Source of the DNA: the human T2T-CHM13v2.0 reference genome, Homo sapiens
Direction: 5' to 3' (one strand)
Assembly (NCBI RefSeq): GCF_009914755.1
Contig: NC_060929.1
Length of the DNA stretch: 64,000 nucleotides
Part shown: piece by piece, positions 12,301 to 24,450 of the stretch
Layout: each line of letters starts with the position of its first letter
Numbering within the stretch: the stretch's first letter is position 1
The notes under the pieces: generated by a model
The model's input: the letters and a program-made list of their open reading frames with translations, nothing else
Databases searched by the model: none
Told to the model about the DNA's origin: nothing
Translations under genes and position numbers: made by a program

Positions 12301-13844
12301 AAATAGTAAAGGAAATGACTTATGGTGAAATCCCTATCTGCCAATTAAAAAAAAAGATGTCCATTTTGGAAGGGTTTATATTCTAAGAAAGAAGTCCCTT
12401 TTCAAATGCTAAGGAAGGATTGGTTGGGAATAATTGCCATTAGTAAGGAAGCCCTGGTTCTGAATATGAATATTATGCTTGATTAGGCTCTGGGATTCAT
12501 CATGGAAACTATCTGGCAGCTGAATCAAAGTGCAGTAAAGAGCAGCTGTAGTGGAGTGGATCTGGATTTGAACGGCTAGCTGTAAGATCTGAGATCTGGG
12601 GCAAGTTGCTTAACTTTTCTAAGACTCAATTTCCTCTTCCTTAAAATGCAGATAACAGTATCTACATCGTATTTTGTTTTTGGATGCAGAATAAAAGAGA
12701 TGATGCTTGTCAACCACCTACCCCACAGTGCATGGGGCATTGTGAACACGTGACAAATAGTATCTTTCCTTATGGAGCACATATAATCATCCAAAACTCA
12801 CTGATGTCCCTGATGAAGAAGCTGCTGGTGTAGTTTTCATACTTGAGCTTGTGAACGGCATCCACCATGACCTCAATGGGCAGACTCTCCTCAGCAGCTG
12901 GGCAGGCACTGTCCTCCTGGCACTCCACTGAGTACTCATACTCCTTGTTGTCCCCTCTGACTCTCTCTGCAGAGAGTGTAGCAGCTCCGCACGTCACCCC
13001 TTGGGGGTCAGAAGAGCTGAAGTCAAAGACAGAAATTAGCCTGTGTTACACATTGGGGAGAGAGTTCCTAGTGATTGTAGCCAGTAAGGCAGGTAAGGCC
13101 TCAACTGTTGTCTGAGGACACAGTTTCTCCAACTGGGCTGATTTCTACCCAGAGGGTAAGAAACTGCCCTCCCCAGGAGAAAAAGCTTAAATTCAAGAGC
13201 ACTTACATGTCTCTGGACTAAATGAATATGGAAGTTTTTGTTTGTTTTAGATCTAGAATCTCTGATTATTAAACCCCCTTGTTAAAAACTTAAATTCATT
13301 TTTTCCCATTTTAATTATAAAATCAATACACAAATCAGTACACACTAATTATAAAAGTAAAGATGATAAAGATCCATATAAAGGAAAGAAGTGTATGTCT
13401 CCTTCATCCTTAACTGCTCTCCACAGGTTTAAGTACTAATAATAGCTTGTTGTATCCTTCCAGACCTTCCTTTTTCTTTTTCTTTCTCTCTCTCTCTCTT
13501 TTTTTTTTTTTTAAGAGACAGGGTTTTGCTCTGCCACCCAGGCTGGAGTGAAGTGGTGGAATCAGACCCCACTGTAGCCTCAAACTCCTAGGCTCAAGTG
13601 ATCCCCTCCCTCTGCCTCCCAAGTAGCTGGGACTACAGGTGTGTGCCACCACACCCACCTAATTTTTTTATTTTTAATATTTTCTGAGATGGGGTCTCAC
13701 TGTGTTGCCTAGGCTGGTCTTGAACTCCTGGCCTCAAGCAATCATTCTGTCTCAGCCTCCCAAAGAGTTAGGATTTCAGGTGTGAGCCACTGTGCCTGGC
13801 CAGAACTTTTTCAATGAATATTCAAGATAATTGTATACACATTT

Positions 13845-13880
<36 letters not shown>

Positions 13881-16800
13881 TATGTATACACACATTATAT
13901 ATATAATCCATGTTATATACATCTCTACATTATATATATCCACTATATATATTTTACTTATACATATAGATTTTATTTTTATGAACTAGGATCAAATTGT
14001 ATACATATGATTATGTAACCATCCTTTTCCCCTCTGAACATATTATGGGGAGCTCTCCATGACAAAACATATGGGTTGGGTTATCCACTTCAATGACTGC
14101 ACATTAAGCAAGAGTATAGTGTACCATGTTTTATTTAACCATTCCTCTGCTGATTATGTCTTTTTGCACTTGGAGAAACATTTCTTTAGTAAGCATTTTC
14201 CTTTTAAAGATGAAAAAGTGAGACCCCAATGCTTAATTTACTCAGTGAAATAATGGTAAAGTCAGGATGATCACCTGGGGTTTGCTTCGGTGATGATTAA
14301 AGTAAGCCACATGGGGGTTAACACATAGGTCTTGTATTTATGGAAGTTGCTTTCTTACGGAAAGTCCAGGTGCATTGGACCAACAGCGAACTTCAGATTA
14401 GTGGTGTCAGCAGAAGTAAAAGGAGTTGAGGTGGCCCTGGGAAAATTTCGGGAGGCCTCATCGAGTTTTGGAGTCTGCTTCAGGGCCCCTAAGATCTACG
14501 CCCTGGAGCTCTTGTTTTTATTTTTGACTCAAGGTGCAATTTCAGCAAGTCATTTGTAGCTTTGAATTCTCCTTTTATCCCTTTCTTTGGTGCTATGAGG
14601 CTTCAGGAAGCATGGCCAGGCAATTTGGATGAGTGGGTTCAAACACAGCAGAGACTATTCTCAGTTCCCAATAATATCCTGCCCCAACACATACATTTAT
14701 TCAAGCAATCGGCTAAAATCTCCATGTTCTTTCTTCAATGTAGACAAGGAAGGGCGGTTGAAAAAACACGGGTTTGACTTTGCTTTTCCCATTATCATTA
14801 ACTGATAGGTCACTGAGAGGTTGCCCTTAATTTCTTAATGAAATAGTTCTAGAAAAATGCTGAGAAACCAGAGCAGTTTCACTCACCCTCTGCTGCTTTT
14901 GACACTGAATGTCAAATCAGTACTGATTGTCGTCAGCCACCAGCAGGTGAAACGTCCAGAATAATTCTTGGCCTCGCATCTTAGAAAGGTCTTATTTTTG
15001 GGTTCTGGATTTGAAAAAAACAAAAATTCAATATTTAGGAGTTTTTTGCAGAAAGGTTTTGATTGTGATGAATCACAGATCACCAGATGGTACAGGGTGA
15101 AGTTCTTCCATGCGTTGCCTCTTGGGTAGCTCCATAAGGATTGGGAGTATCCCAGTGGGGTGTTGATTCTGCAGAGTACACTACACACCTAACATGCCTG
15201 GCAGAGGCATTCATTTTTTGAAGGCTATCACCCCAGTGCAGAGTGATACACTATCGGTTAATTTCCATTAGCCATTAAATAATATCACCATTATTTAAAG
15301 AAAACATGAGGCTAAGCATTCAGACTGATCATGAAACTCCCTTAATATGAGATTTTGATGGTTGATAACCCAAAGGGTCCAGGAAAGCAAAGGAAAATGG
15401 AGGTTAACATCAATTAACATCAATAAGAGACTTGATGTTAATTCATTACACTCACCATGACTTGGCTTTTCAATTTGTTGTTGTTGTTGTTTTTAACCCT
15501 TATGAGCGAAAGAGAAAATTGATACTATCCAAGGGTATAGAATTACCTTTCTGGTCCTTTAAAATATCAGTGGACCAAATTCCATCTTCCTTTTTGTGAA
15601 GCAGCAGGAGCGAATGGCTTAGAACCTCGCCTCCTTTGTGACAGGTGTACTGGCCAGCATCTCCAAACTCTTTGACTTGGATGGTCAGGGTTTTGCCAGA
15701 GCCTAAGACCTCACTGCTCTGGTCCAAGGTCCAGGTGATACCATCTTCTTCAGGGGTGTCACAGGTGAGGACCACCATTTCTCCAGGGGCATCCGGATAC
15801 CAATCCAATTCTACGACATAAACTGGAATGCACATAAAGTGGAGAACCAGGCTGTAAGCTCCAGGAACTCTGGGACTGTGTTTTATTAACCCTTCGGGCA
15901 TCCCCATTGCCTAAACACAACCTTGTTTACAACAAGTATTTGGCAAATGCTTGCTGAGATGATCTCAAGGCATGAGACCCTGCTTGGGCTCAAGGTCATG
16001 GAAAAGAGAAACAAAGAGTTTTATAGCTGCCATCGACTCATTGACTGGAAGGCTGCCTTTAATAGTAACCTTTGATTATTTAGCAGATTGGAAACACCTT
16101 AATATACCAAAAACTGCAAACAGCACAAGACTCTTTGCCAAAGGTCTGGGGGAGAGAAACTTCCAGCACAATTTCAGTTTCATAGAGAATACGGCAGGGC
16201 ACAATATTCAGCAGAGTAACATAGTGGTTAAAAGCTCAGGGTGTCGAGAACAATGAACCAAGACTGTCATCCTGTCTCCACTAACCAGCTGGGGGATTTG
16301 GAACAAGGTATTTCATTATCATGAGCCTCAGTTTCCTCATCTGTAAAATGATAATAATAACAGTATCTGCCTTACATTTGACTGAGGATTAAATGAAAAA
16401 AAAAAAAAAAGCACGTAAAGTACTTAGCACAGTGTCTGCCACACAGTAAATTCGGTGTTAGTTATTGTTACTTATAGACTGAGGAGTCAGCCAACTGTAC
16501 AGAGAAACTCTCTTAACAATTTTCCATGGATATTTAAGGATTTCGTTCCCTCTGTTTTAAATCACCAGTGGAGATTTTCATTCTCTCTGCATTATTATTA
16601 TTATTATTATTATTATTTTTAGCTATCTTACACTCTTATGAAGCAGTCCAGTAGAGCTTAGTCTTCCCATTTAATGAAGAAGCGTACTGAGGCCAACGAT
16701 CTAAGCATGGTCACAGCAAGTCAGAAGTACAAGGGCTACAGCTCAGACCTTTTGTCTCTTGGGCTTTGCAAGGGATGCCTAATGCTAGTGTCTAAACTGG

Positions 16801-19280
16801 CCTTTGAGGAATGGCTTAGTATAGTATTTCAGAGTGTGTCATAGCAAAGCTTCATTCATTTTTTTAATCCATGCATAAATTATTAATTGAATAGAATTGT
16901 TTAATGTAGTAGTTCCCAAAGCATGATCGATGAAACACCATCAGCAGCATCACCTTGGAATAGATCAGAAATGCAAATTCTCAGCTGCTGAATCAGAAAC
17001 CTTGGGATGGATTTAGTTATATGGTTCTTAAGCTCTCCAGATGGTGCTGATGCCTGCTCAAGTTTATGAGTCACAGTGGTTGAGAGCCTGCATTTTGGAG
17101 TGGCAGAGGCCTGGATTTAGAAGCAGCTCTAGCCCTTGCTCCAGTCTTGTGGCCTTTGGCAAGACATTCAACTACTGTAAGCCTCAGTGTCATCATCTTT
17201 AAAATGAGAAAAATATTAGCCCTTGCTTTAGAAGGTGGATATGTGGATTATATAAGCTCATACACAGTGCCCTTACATGCTTTATAAATGGTGGTTCTCG
17301 TTATTGGCCTCTGGATGTAAAGCATTGTAGAATATAAAGTTTTCACTTTACATCAATTGGATTATAAGGACTGAATGGATAACAAAAATAAGAGGTCAAA
17401 AGCATTTGGGGTCCAACTCTGGGGAAATGATTAGCTGTGCTGATGTAAAACCATGTGGCACTTTTGGCTTTTTCTTGGTTTTTTTTTTGTCCCCCTGACA
17501 CCTGAAGAGCATGGTTACTTTCCTGTCCCAACTGAGGCTCGGAAGCCCTAGAAGATGTTTGCTCAACAGCAGGGAAAACAGCTGCAGGAGGAAAGCTGAA
17601 GAGGAGCATCAAGAACCTGGCACTTAGCCTCACTGTATCGTCTGCCCTCCTAAGTCACACCTCGGAGAGTTTCTCACACTGATTTTCTGGAATTTCTGTG
17701 GTTTACCAAATCAGAAGTCACTAAGGGGTCAAATATGCCAGGACCAAGGTTCCTGAGCTTGCTAACAATCCCAGGGTTGGAAGGGATCTGCCATATACCC
17801 CTGGCTCAGGCCTTTGCCTTTACTTAAGAGAGTGTCTAAATCTCTCAAATTCTCATGGAGAAGGGGTGGCTGGATTCTGTCTTCCTAAAATTCTTGAGAA
17901 GAGAGGAGTGGTCCCAGATTTCTTTCAGGTACCCATTTCAAGATGGTACTTTCTAGAATATCAAAAGATTATTTCTGATCATCAGCTGAAATATTTTCAT
18001 CCTTAATTTATGTCCATTTCCTCTTATTCAGCTCTCCAAAGACCTGGGAAAAAATTACTTCATGTCCTTGTAAAAACGTTTTCACAAATTTAAGTGCACC
18101 AGCTTTGAAGCAAGACAGAATTGGGATCAAGTCCCTGTTCCACCCTTACCAGGTATGTGACATTGGGCAAGTTACTTAATCTCTCTGGCCTCAGTTTCCA
18201 ACATCTGTAAAATGGGATACAGACAGTCTCTACTTCATATGGCTCTTGTGAGAATTAAGTGAGACAGTGCACTCAATAAACATTAACTATTATTATTATA
18301 CAATTAAAGATAGTAATCGCCAACATTATGATGTTGGCTTCAGTGATAAAAATCTGAGGGTCTTTCAGGTACAGCCAACGGTCAGAATGCACATTTACTG
18401 AGTGTGAGATACTAGAAGGATGGGCAGAACTCCTTATTTTACCATTAACTATTCTATTAGTCTACTAATAATTTTTACTGATCATTGGGATAATAAAAAG
18501 TATCTCTTGAATCATGAAAGATATTTTAAACAACCAAAATAGTAATACTAGCTGACATTTACTTTCACTTTACTATCTGTCGAGTTGTATTCTGCATTCA
18601 TTAACCCACTAAATAACCCACGTGGTAGGCATCCACTTTGTAACATCCAGTTTACAGTTGAGGAAATTCAGGATTAGAGGTGACCCAGCTTAAAGTCACA
18701 TAACCAGTCATTGACAGACCTAGGACTTGAACCCAAGTCAATGTGAGTCTGAATCCTATGCTTCCTCCAAAGTGCTTGGTCAGAGGTAAGTCATCACAGT
18801 GCCAACTGAGGGGGCAGTATCATGTGGTGGAATGAGAAACGAACACAGTTGTTATACTTTGCAAATCCTCTACTTTGGAATTTTAATTGTGTGAAACAGT
18901 TTTTAGTAATATTGGAAAATATCATATGTCATATGTCTTTCCCCACCATATCATATATCATATGTCTTTCCCCACCATAGTGTACCAATGTCATCCAATG
19001 TGAAAACCAAACAATATAGATACCATCAAAGTAGAAAAGAGAGATATGGCATTGCATTTTCCCAGAGTGATGGCTTTCTCTAGAGGACCCAGTGCATGGT
19101 TGCCCATTTCAGTTTGATTTCCCACCAGTGGCTGCCCAAGAGTCCTGGCTTAGAAGTGGGGCCTCCACAGAGAATAATGAGAGGCTGGTTACCATCTTTC
19201 TTCAGTTCCCATATGGCCACGAGGGGAGATGCCAGAAAAACCAGGGAAAACCAAGAGATGACCAACTGCTGGTGACACAT
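9181..19280 (-). CDS. IL12B: Interleukin-12 subunit beta (p40, shared by IL-12 and IL-23); spliced CDS over exons 2-7
   Basis: Joined exons 19280-19193, 15822-15547, 15004-14887, 13016-12802, 11389-11232 and 9312-9181 sum to 88+276+118+215+158+132 = 987 nt. The product reads [44 protein letters not shown]...[16 protein letters not shown]. All introns are GT-AG and the phases are consistent. Confidence 0.99.
10812..11141 (+). mobile_element. Tigger3a/MER7-type non-autonomous Tc1/mariner (Tigger) DNA transposon
   Basis: Characteristic internal AGGCTATACCAT repeats and a terminal TTTCTCAGAATGTATCCCTGTTGTTAAGTGATACATG. Confidence 0.75.
11232..11389 (-). CDS. IL12B: IL12B exon 6 (FNIII domain)
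   Basis: ACAG|TCAAACCT ... AAAG|GTAAGA; encodes [53 protein letters not shown]. Confidence 0.99.
12802..13016 (-). CDS. IL12B: IL12B exon 5
   Basis: TCAG|CTCTTCT ... ATCA|GTGAGT; encodes [17 protein letters not shown]...SACPAAEE...[13 protein letters not shown], including the interchain Cys and the NYT glycosylation site. Confidence 0.99.
13470..13801 (-). mobile_element. AluJ in IL12B intron 4
   Basis: Reverse Alu dimer with a CT/T-rich tail. Confidence 0.92.
13844..13975. repeat. (TA)n(CA)n compound microsatellite in IL12B intron 4
   Basis: A TA run, then a CA run, then degenerate TA-rich sequence. Confidence 0.85.
14887..15004 (-). CDS. IL12B: IL12B exon 4
   Basis: CCAG|AACCC ... AGAGG|GTGAGT; encodes [40 protein letters not shown]. 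Confidence 0.99.
15547..15822 (-). CDS. IL12B: IL12B exon 3 (Ig-like D1 domain)
   Basis: CCAG|TTTATGTC ... AAAG|GTAATT; encodes [21 protein letters not shown]...DILKDQK. Confidence 0.99.
16591..16617. repeat. (ATT)9 microsatellite in IL12B intron 2 (recalled as marker D5S2941)
   Basis: Nine perfect ATT units. Confidence 0.85.
16905..17080. mobile_element. MER5A-type hAT-Charlie element
   Basis: CAGCAGCATCACC...AGAAATGCAAATTCTCAG...CTGAATCAGAAAC motif. Confidence 0.7.
18922..18979. repeat. 29-bp tandem duplication in IL12B intron 2
   Basis: Two copies of TCATAT(G/A)TCATATGTCTTTCCCCACCATA with one mismatch. Confidence 0.9.
19193..19280 (-). CDS. IL12B: IL12B exon 2 (signal peptide, starts at ATG)
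   Basis: A polypyrimidine tract and AG precede ATGTGTCAC. Encodes [29 protein letters not shown]. Donor G|GTAACC. Confidence 0.99.
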
Positions 19281-20019
19281 CTATAAGAAGGGAGAGAAGC
19301 AGGGGGAAGAGAAGGAGGAAAAGAGAAGGAAGAGGAAGAAAAAAGAGAAGAAAGAATGTCAATAATTCTTGTTACCTTTGTGAACCATATACACATTCTA
19401 GCTACTTTTTTTTTAAATAAAATCTTGATTCTCCCCTTTCTTCTCCATACTGTCAAGCAAATACTAAGTAAATTACAGGAGTTCTATGGCAGTCTGTGGG
19501 GAAGAACATCTCTAAATAGAGAACCATAGGGTATTTGGGGCTCTGGAGCTGAAAGAGACCTAAGGCAAGCCATCTGATACAATCCTCTTATTTTTAAGAT
19601 GAGAAACTTAAAGCTTAGAGAAGGAATGTGACTTTCTGGATCAACATCTAGCAGTTGTTTATTTAGTGCTTACTACATAAAGAGAACTGGGCTAGAAGCA
19701 GTTGAGAGAGAAAAAAAGGGCTTACCTGGATCCCGCTTCCTAGGAGCAAATACTTTTACTCAATAAATATTTATTAAGTCAGTGTGTTAAATGCCTCCCC
19801 GCCAGCTGGGGAGATGAGCCATACATTTGTATCACTGCAGCACAAAGCAGTGTGTGCTGGAGCACCCAGAACTGAAGGACTTGGGTTAGGGACAGGAACG
19901 GTAATACAGAGGCGAACTTTCAGGTTCTGGCAACGACCTGGTCACCAGCCATTGCTGTAGGGGTTTAGCTTCTCTTGTTTTCCAAGTTCAAAGACTACTC
20001 TCTCCCATATAGAGAACCT

Positions 20020-20202
20020 AGTGGTTCTAAAATTTGAGTGACTGTCAGGATAACCTGGAAGCACTGCTACAACAGACGGCTGAGTACCACCCCCAGAGTG
20101 TCTGATTCAGCAGGCATGAGGGCCTGAGAATATGCATTTCTAGAAAGTTTCCAGGGGAAGCAGATGCTGCTGGCGCTAAGACCACACCTTGAGAACCACT
20201 GG
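20020..20202. mobile_element. MER5A-type hAT-Charlie element
   Basis: Terminal inverted repeats TAGTGGTTCT...AGAACCACTG and internal TCTGATTCAG...GCATTTCTA. Confidence 0.75.
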
Positions 20203-22927
20203 TTTAACCCATGTTCAGGGTCCAGAACCCCTGAAAATCAAAGTGTTCATTGGGAAAAGACCACAACATATTGATATATCCACCATGAAATAGTAAAATG
20301 CATAATTTTATGTTAAATAAGCCACCATCTGATATAGAAACCAGTCTAGGTTAGTATCCAGGGTTTATGAAAATCTTCCGATTGCAAAAATTACATGCCA
20401 CTTACGAATGAGGTAGGGATGATTATTGAAACATTCTGAAACAACTCCATTCACCTTGCAGAGCACCCATGGTCTGGAGGAAAGTGGTTCTGAAACCACT
20501 GTTTTAAACTATATGAAGGGCAATGCTCAACTGTTTCAGTCAAATACCTTAAAAATGAGCATTCCTGGGTTGGGTGACGGAATATTGACAAATTACAGCT
20601 TTGTCAGAACTGCTACTAAGTCTAGGCGGACCTTGCTATGTACTTTATTCCCTTATAAAGTTTGTGAGTGGCAGAGACAGGCCTAGAAGTCAAGCCTTCT
20701 TGGACACTGCTCAGTGCTGTCACCACAGCATGGAGTTTTAGGGGCATGGCTATCACTTCAGTCTAGGTTATGACTGTAGCAAAGTACTAGCTGGCACAGG
20801 GCACCGGTTAGTACATTCACAGGCTTGAAGTTAAACAGACAGGCTTGAATTTTGGTCCCACCGCTCATTTGCTGTTGAGCAGTGGGAGCAACTTGTTGGC
20901 CAAGTTACTCGCTGAGCCTCAGTCTCTTTGTCTATAAAATGGACCTAATACTTATCTCAAAGGCTTGTTGGGAAAGGCAATGAGATAACATATTATAGAA
21001 GGCAACCAATAACATATTAACTTGAACCTAGAGGAAGAGGTAAGGGAACAATTCGGTATCTGTGTTTTATATATCATGGATAGTCAAGAAAGTCATTCTA
21101 GGCAGTAGGGAAATGTGCACAGAGGTACTGCAATTACATGCGCCTGTAAAACCCAGAGGCTGGCACACTGGAAGGGAAATAGTGGAGATTCCTGGCATCT
21201 CCTGGCCACTTACGCTGAGGTATTCCCACTAGCTGTGTGCCCAGCACTTCCTCTGCATGCCTCAGATGCATTTGACAATCTCAGGTGAACTGCACTTCAG
21301 GGTCAAGGGAACCCCGGCCATGGTTCTAAGAAACAACTCCCATTTTAGTATCACCTACATTTGAAACCACAGAGCACTGTCCAGGAGAGGTGATGGTGGT
21401 GGGTCTCCTCCTTTGGCTCTCTGGCCCATCAGCTGATACTAGGGAGCGCTATCCCTCAGCCCACATTTCTCAGCATGGTAAGTCTGAGAGTCTTGATGAT
21501 TAAAACACATTTTTGTGTGTGCAATTTCATAGGTTTTCTAAACTCTTGAAACCCTTGCATGAAGGACAAAGGGACCCCACGTTACACACTCCTACTTCCT
21601 GGAGTATGCTAAGGGCTTCCCAACACTGGTGCCAACATCAGCATGCCAATGACACTTGGGTGGGCATCTCTTTTTTAAGTTTTGTTTGTTACCTTTAATT
21701 AGAAAAGGGAGTTATTATTAAAGAATAAAAAGATATAGTCACAGATGGCATGGGTGGCACATGCAAAGATCCCTAGTTTGAGGGCCAGGCAGACTTCTAG
21801 AACTGTGTGACTCTGGGTGAGTCACTTGGCCCCTTTAAGCCCCACACTCCTGATCTATAAAATGGGCATGCTACTGTGGTAAGGAGTTAGTGACATAATT
21901 CACGTGAAGTGTCATGGTGCCTAGATGAAGTCAGGACCCACTATTTGCTCCCCTCCTTCCACAGCATTTACTACAATGGCAACAATACAGTCTCTTCTTT
22001 ACTGTTTGTCTTCTCTGCCACACTGAGTGAACTCTCTTATGCCATGGATCATGTCTATCTTGTTTTGCACTTTACCCCCAGAGTCCAGCACAGAGGGATT
22101 CCATGACTTATTAGTAGCATGAAGGAATGTACGGAAATCATACAATTTCAGATTCCAGTAAACTAAACTCTAAGAGGTTACCCACATTCCATCTAGTATC
22201 TTGCAATTCCTTGTTTGAAAAAGTGGGTCATCACCTGGGGTTTAGTAATCCCTTTGTTAAAATGACATTGTTGTTGCATACAATTTTACCTGGGCAAGTA
22301 AAAAAACCTTTTTTTCCCCCTTCTCACAGATTTAAAAACTCTTTAGGAAGCAATAATAGCTTTTCATTTTTTAACTGGGGCCAAAGTTAGTTAATCCACA
22401 AGAATGGGGATCCCAGCTGTCATTTTGGTTGATATCACAACTGACGACCAAGACCGTCACAAATATGGGAGCAAGTCTGATTTGTAACATTATTATAATT
22501 ATGAATCCAATTACTTTAAGGAATGCACGAAAGGCTTTTTAAAAATTTCAATAGTAAGGCAGGCACCACTCACTTTAGCTCTATACAATCCTTTAACTGA
22601 TGGGCATTAACATTTAGGAATATACTTTTATACATCAATACACACCACTTCAAAATAAGATAAAACAAACATTTCCACAAACTATGCATACACACAGATC
22701 TTGCTATACAGTTATTATTAGGTGGCTTTTAAAATGGACACTGTACATCGGTCCCTAGAGTACTAAGTTTTCACTAATGTTCCAGCAGATGACTCACCAG
22801 GGATGCTTCCAGGAATCCACCAACTCCCTCCTGCCAGCTGCTGGGGTAGCACACTAACGGTTTCTACACCTGGACAGCTGCAGGCCCACAGGGAGGGGAG
22901 GGAGGTAGGGGCTTGGGAAGTGCTTAC

Positions 22928-22983
22928 CTTGCTCTGGGCAGGACGGAGAGTCCAATGGCCCTGAAACAGATGTTGTTTCTTCT
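22928..22983 (-). other. IL12B: IL12B exon 1 (non-coding 5' UTR)
   Basis: Minus strand reads ...CTGTTTCAGGGCCATTGGACTCTCCGTCCTGCCCAGAGCAAG|GTAAGC, with the donor GT at 22927-22926. The TATA box lies about 25-30 nt upstream of 22983; the exact TSS is approximate. Confidence 0.93.
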
Positions 22984-23006
22984 GCTGCTGTTGCTGGTAC
23001 TGGAAC

Positions 23007-23013
23007 TTATATA
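23007..23013 (-). promoter_or_regulatory. IL12B TATA box (TATATAA)
   Basis: Minus-strand GAGTATATAAGTT about 25-30 nt upstream of exon 1. Confidence 0.9.
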
Positions 23014-23047
23014 CTCTACTCCTTTCTGATGGAAACTTAAACTAGAA

Positions 23048-23196
23048 ACTGACTTGTTGCAACATTGAAAACAACTCTCAAAACCTTCTGGGGGAATTTC
23101 AAGAAGTTCCTTTTTTGTTTGTCTCTCTCTGTGTGTGTATCAATAACGAGGAGGGAACATAGACATCAAAATCCCAGGTAATGAACTAAGAGGAAA
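23048..23196 (-). promoter_or_regulatory. IL12B proximal promoter: AP-1-like/C/EBP site (ATGTTGCAA, 23057-23065), Rel/NF-kB site (plus-strand GGGGAATTTC, 23091-23100), GA-12 GATA element (23138-23141), Ets element (TTTCCT, 23191-23196)
   Basis: The motifs are visible at about -80, -110, -155 and -210 from the TSS, matching the described architecture of the p40 promoter. Confidence 0.85.
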
Positions 23197-23879
23197 TGAC
23201 TTTTGGGTGGGGAATAAGGAAGGAGATGGAGATGCTAATTTCTCTGGGTTTACATCATGGCCAAGGTGCTTGGAGACAGCACTAGGCAGATTCCCTGGGT
23301 TCCACAGATCGAGGAAGAAGGAAGGCCAAGGGGCGGTCAGACGGGAGGCTGAGTTCATGTCGGGATGGAACAACTGTATGCCCAAGGGCTTAAAAACAAA
23401 ATCCTGGTTCTTCCCAAGTCAGAGAGGATGAGATGAAGGGCAAAGGGTTTAGTACATCTGGGGCGCCTTCCTCCACATTAGTCCTTTAATTTCAGAAACA
23501 TACTATTTACCACCCATCTTGGCTCCATGCACCTCTCCCCACATTCCCCGAGTGGGAACACACGCGTGCACACACACACCCATGCACATTTCATACAGAC
23601 ACAGACCTGGGGAGATGATAAAACTGCGTGTACCACTAATAAGACTCAAATATGTGCACATCCTGTGCTCATAGGTACTCGCTCATAGGGGCGGATGGGA
23701 GCAGAAAGTGAAATACCCTCAGGGAGGCATACAGACAACCACACTCAAGGCACCCCCCCTTGGGCACCCAGACTACATCCTCATTTCATTTGCACACAAA
23801 TCTATGGCCCTAGGGGCTCCGTGCAGATGCACAGGAATAGCGGAATAAAGATATCTCTCGTGGTGGAATTTCAAGTTGC

Positions 23880-24450
23880 TAAGAGGTATGCAAAGGTGTA
23901 CACCGGTGTGGACCCCCCCATCCCCCGCCCAGTCTGCACGTGAACAGGAACATGTACCTGCACGTATACCAGGTACACGCAGACAGATGCGGGCCATCCC
24001 CAGAGCCGCCGACAGAGGTCGCTGCGAGACGGTACCCGCGCCCCACAGTCCACCCGCTCCTCGGAGTCCCCCCGCGCCCCGGAGTCCACCCGCGCCCCGG
24101 AGTCCACCCGCGCAGGTCCACTTCTCCATCCCTGCTCTCGACCTCCGCCCCTGCGGTGGGGGAAGTTCCTGGGGCGGTGGCTGGGACCAGGCCGGGTTTT
24201 AGGCGGGCGCAGATTTCCGGGCTAACTTTCCTCGCCGTCTCAGCGCGGGAAGGGGGAAATGGGAAACCCGGGCCAGAGCAGCGGAGCTTCCCAGCCGCAC
24301 ACTTCCTCCCTCCAGCCGTTTGTCTCGGCAGGGGAGGGCCCAGGCAGCCAAGCCGGCAGGCCCACTGGTTATCCGACCTTGTGCTCTGGCCGTGGGTGGA
24401 GACCTTACATCCAGCTCAGAGCGCCTCCTCCCATCCCCTGTGTCCTCTAG
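23880..24450. promoter_or_regulatory. CpG island about 1 kb upstream of IL12B; probable promoter of a divergent plus-strand lncRNA
   Basis: High GC and CpG density, GC boxes, CACGTG E-box at 23937-23942, and a GC-rich minisatellite. Confidence 0.75.
24035..24113. repeat. 18-bp GC-rich minisatellite, about 4.4 copies of CCCGCGCCCCGGAGTCCA
   Basis: Units start at 24035, 24053, 24071 and 24089; the last two are identical. Confidence 0.92.

Noticed and set aside
9181-15907. ORF-track extensions of IL12B exons (e.g. MECLPVGG..., MGMPEGLIK..., MCSVLCRIN...)
   Set aside because: They are intronic readthrough upstream of canonical acceptors, not evidence for alternative N-termini.
24035-24113. Direct-repeat array resembling a CRISPR array
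   Set aside because: The units are head-to-tail with no unique spacers, there are no cas genes, and the context is mammalian.
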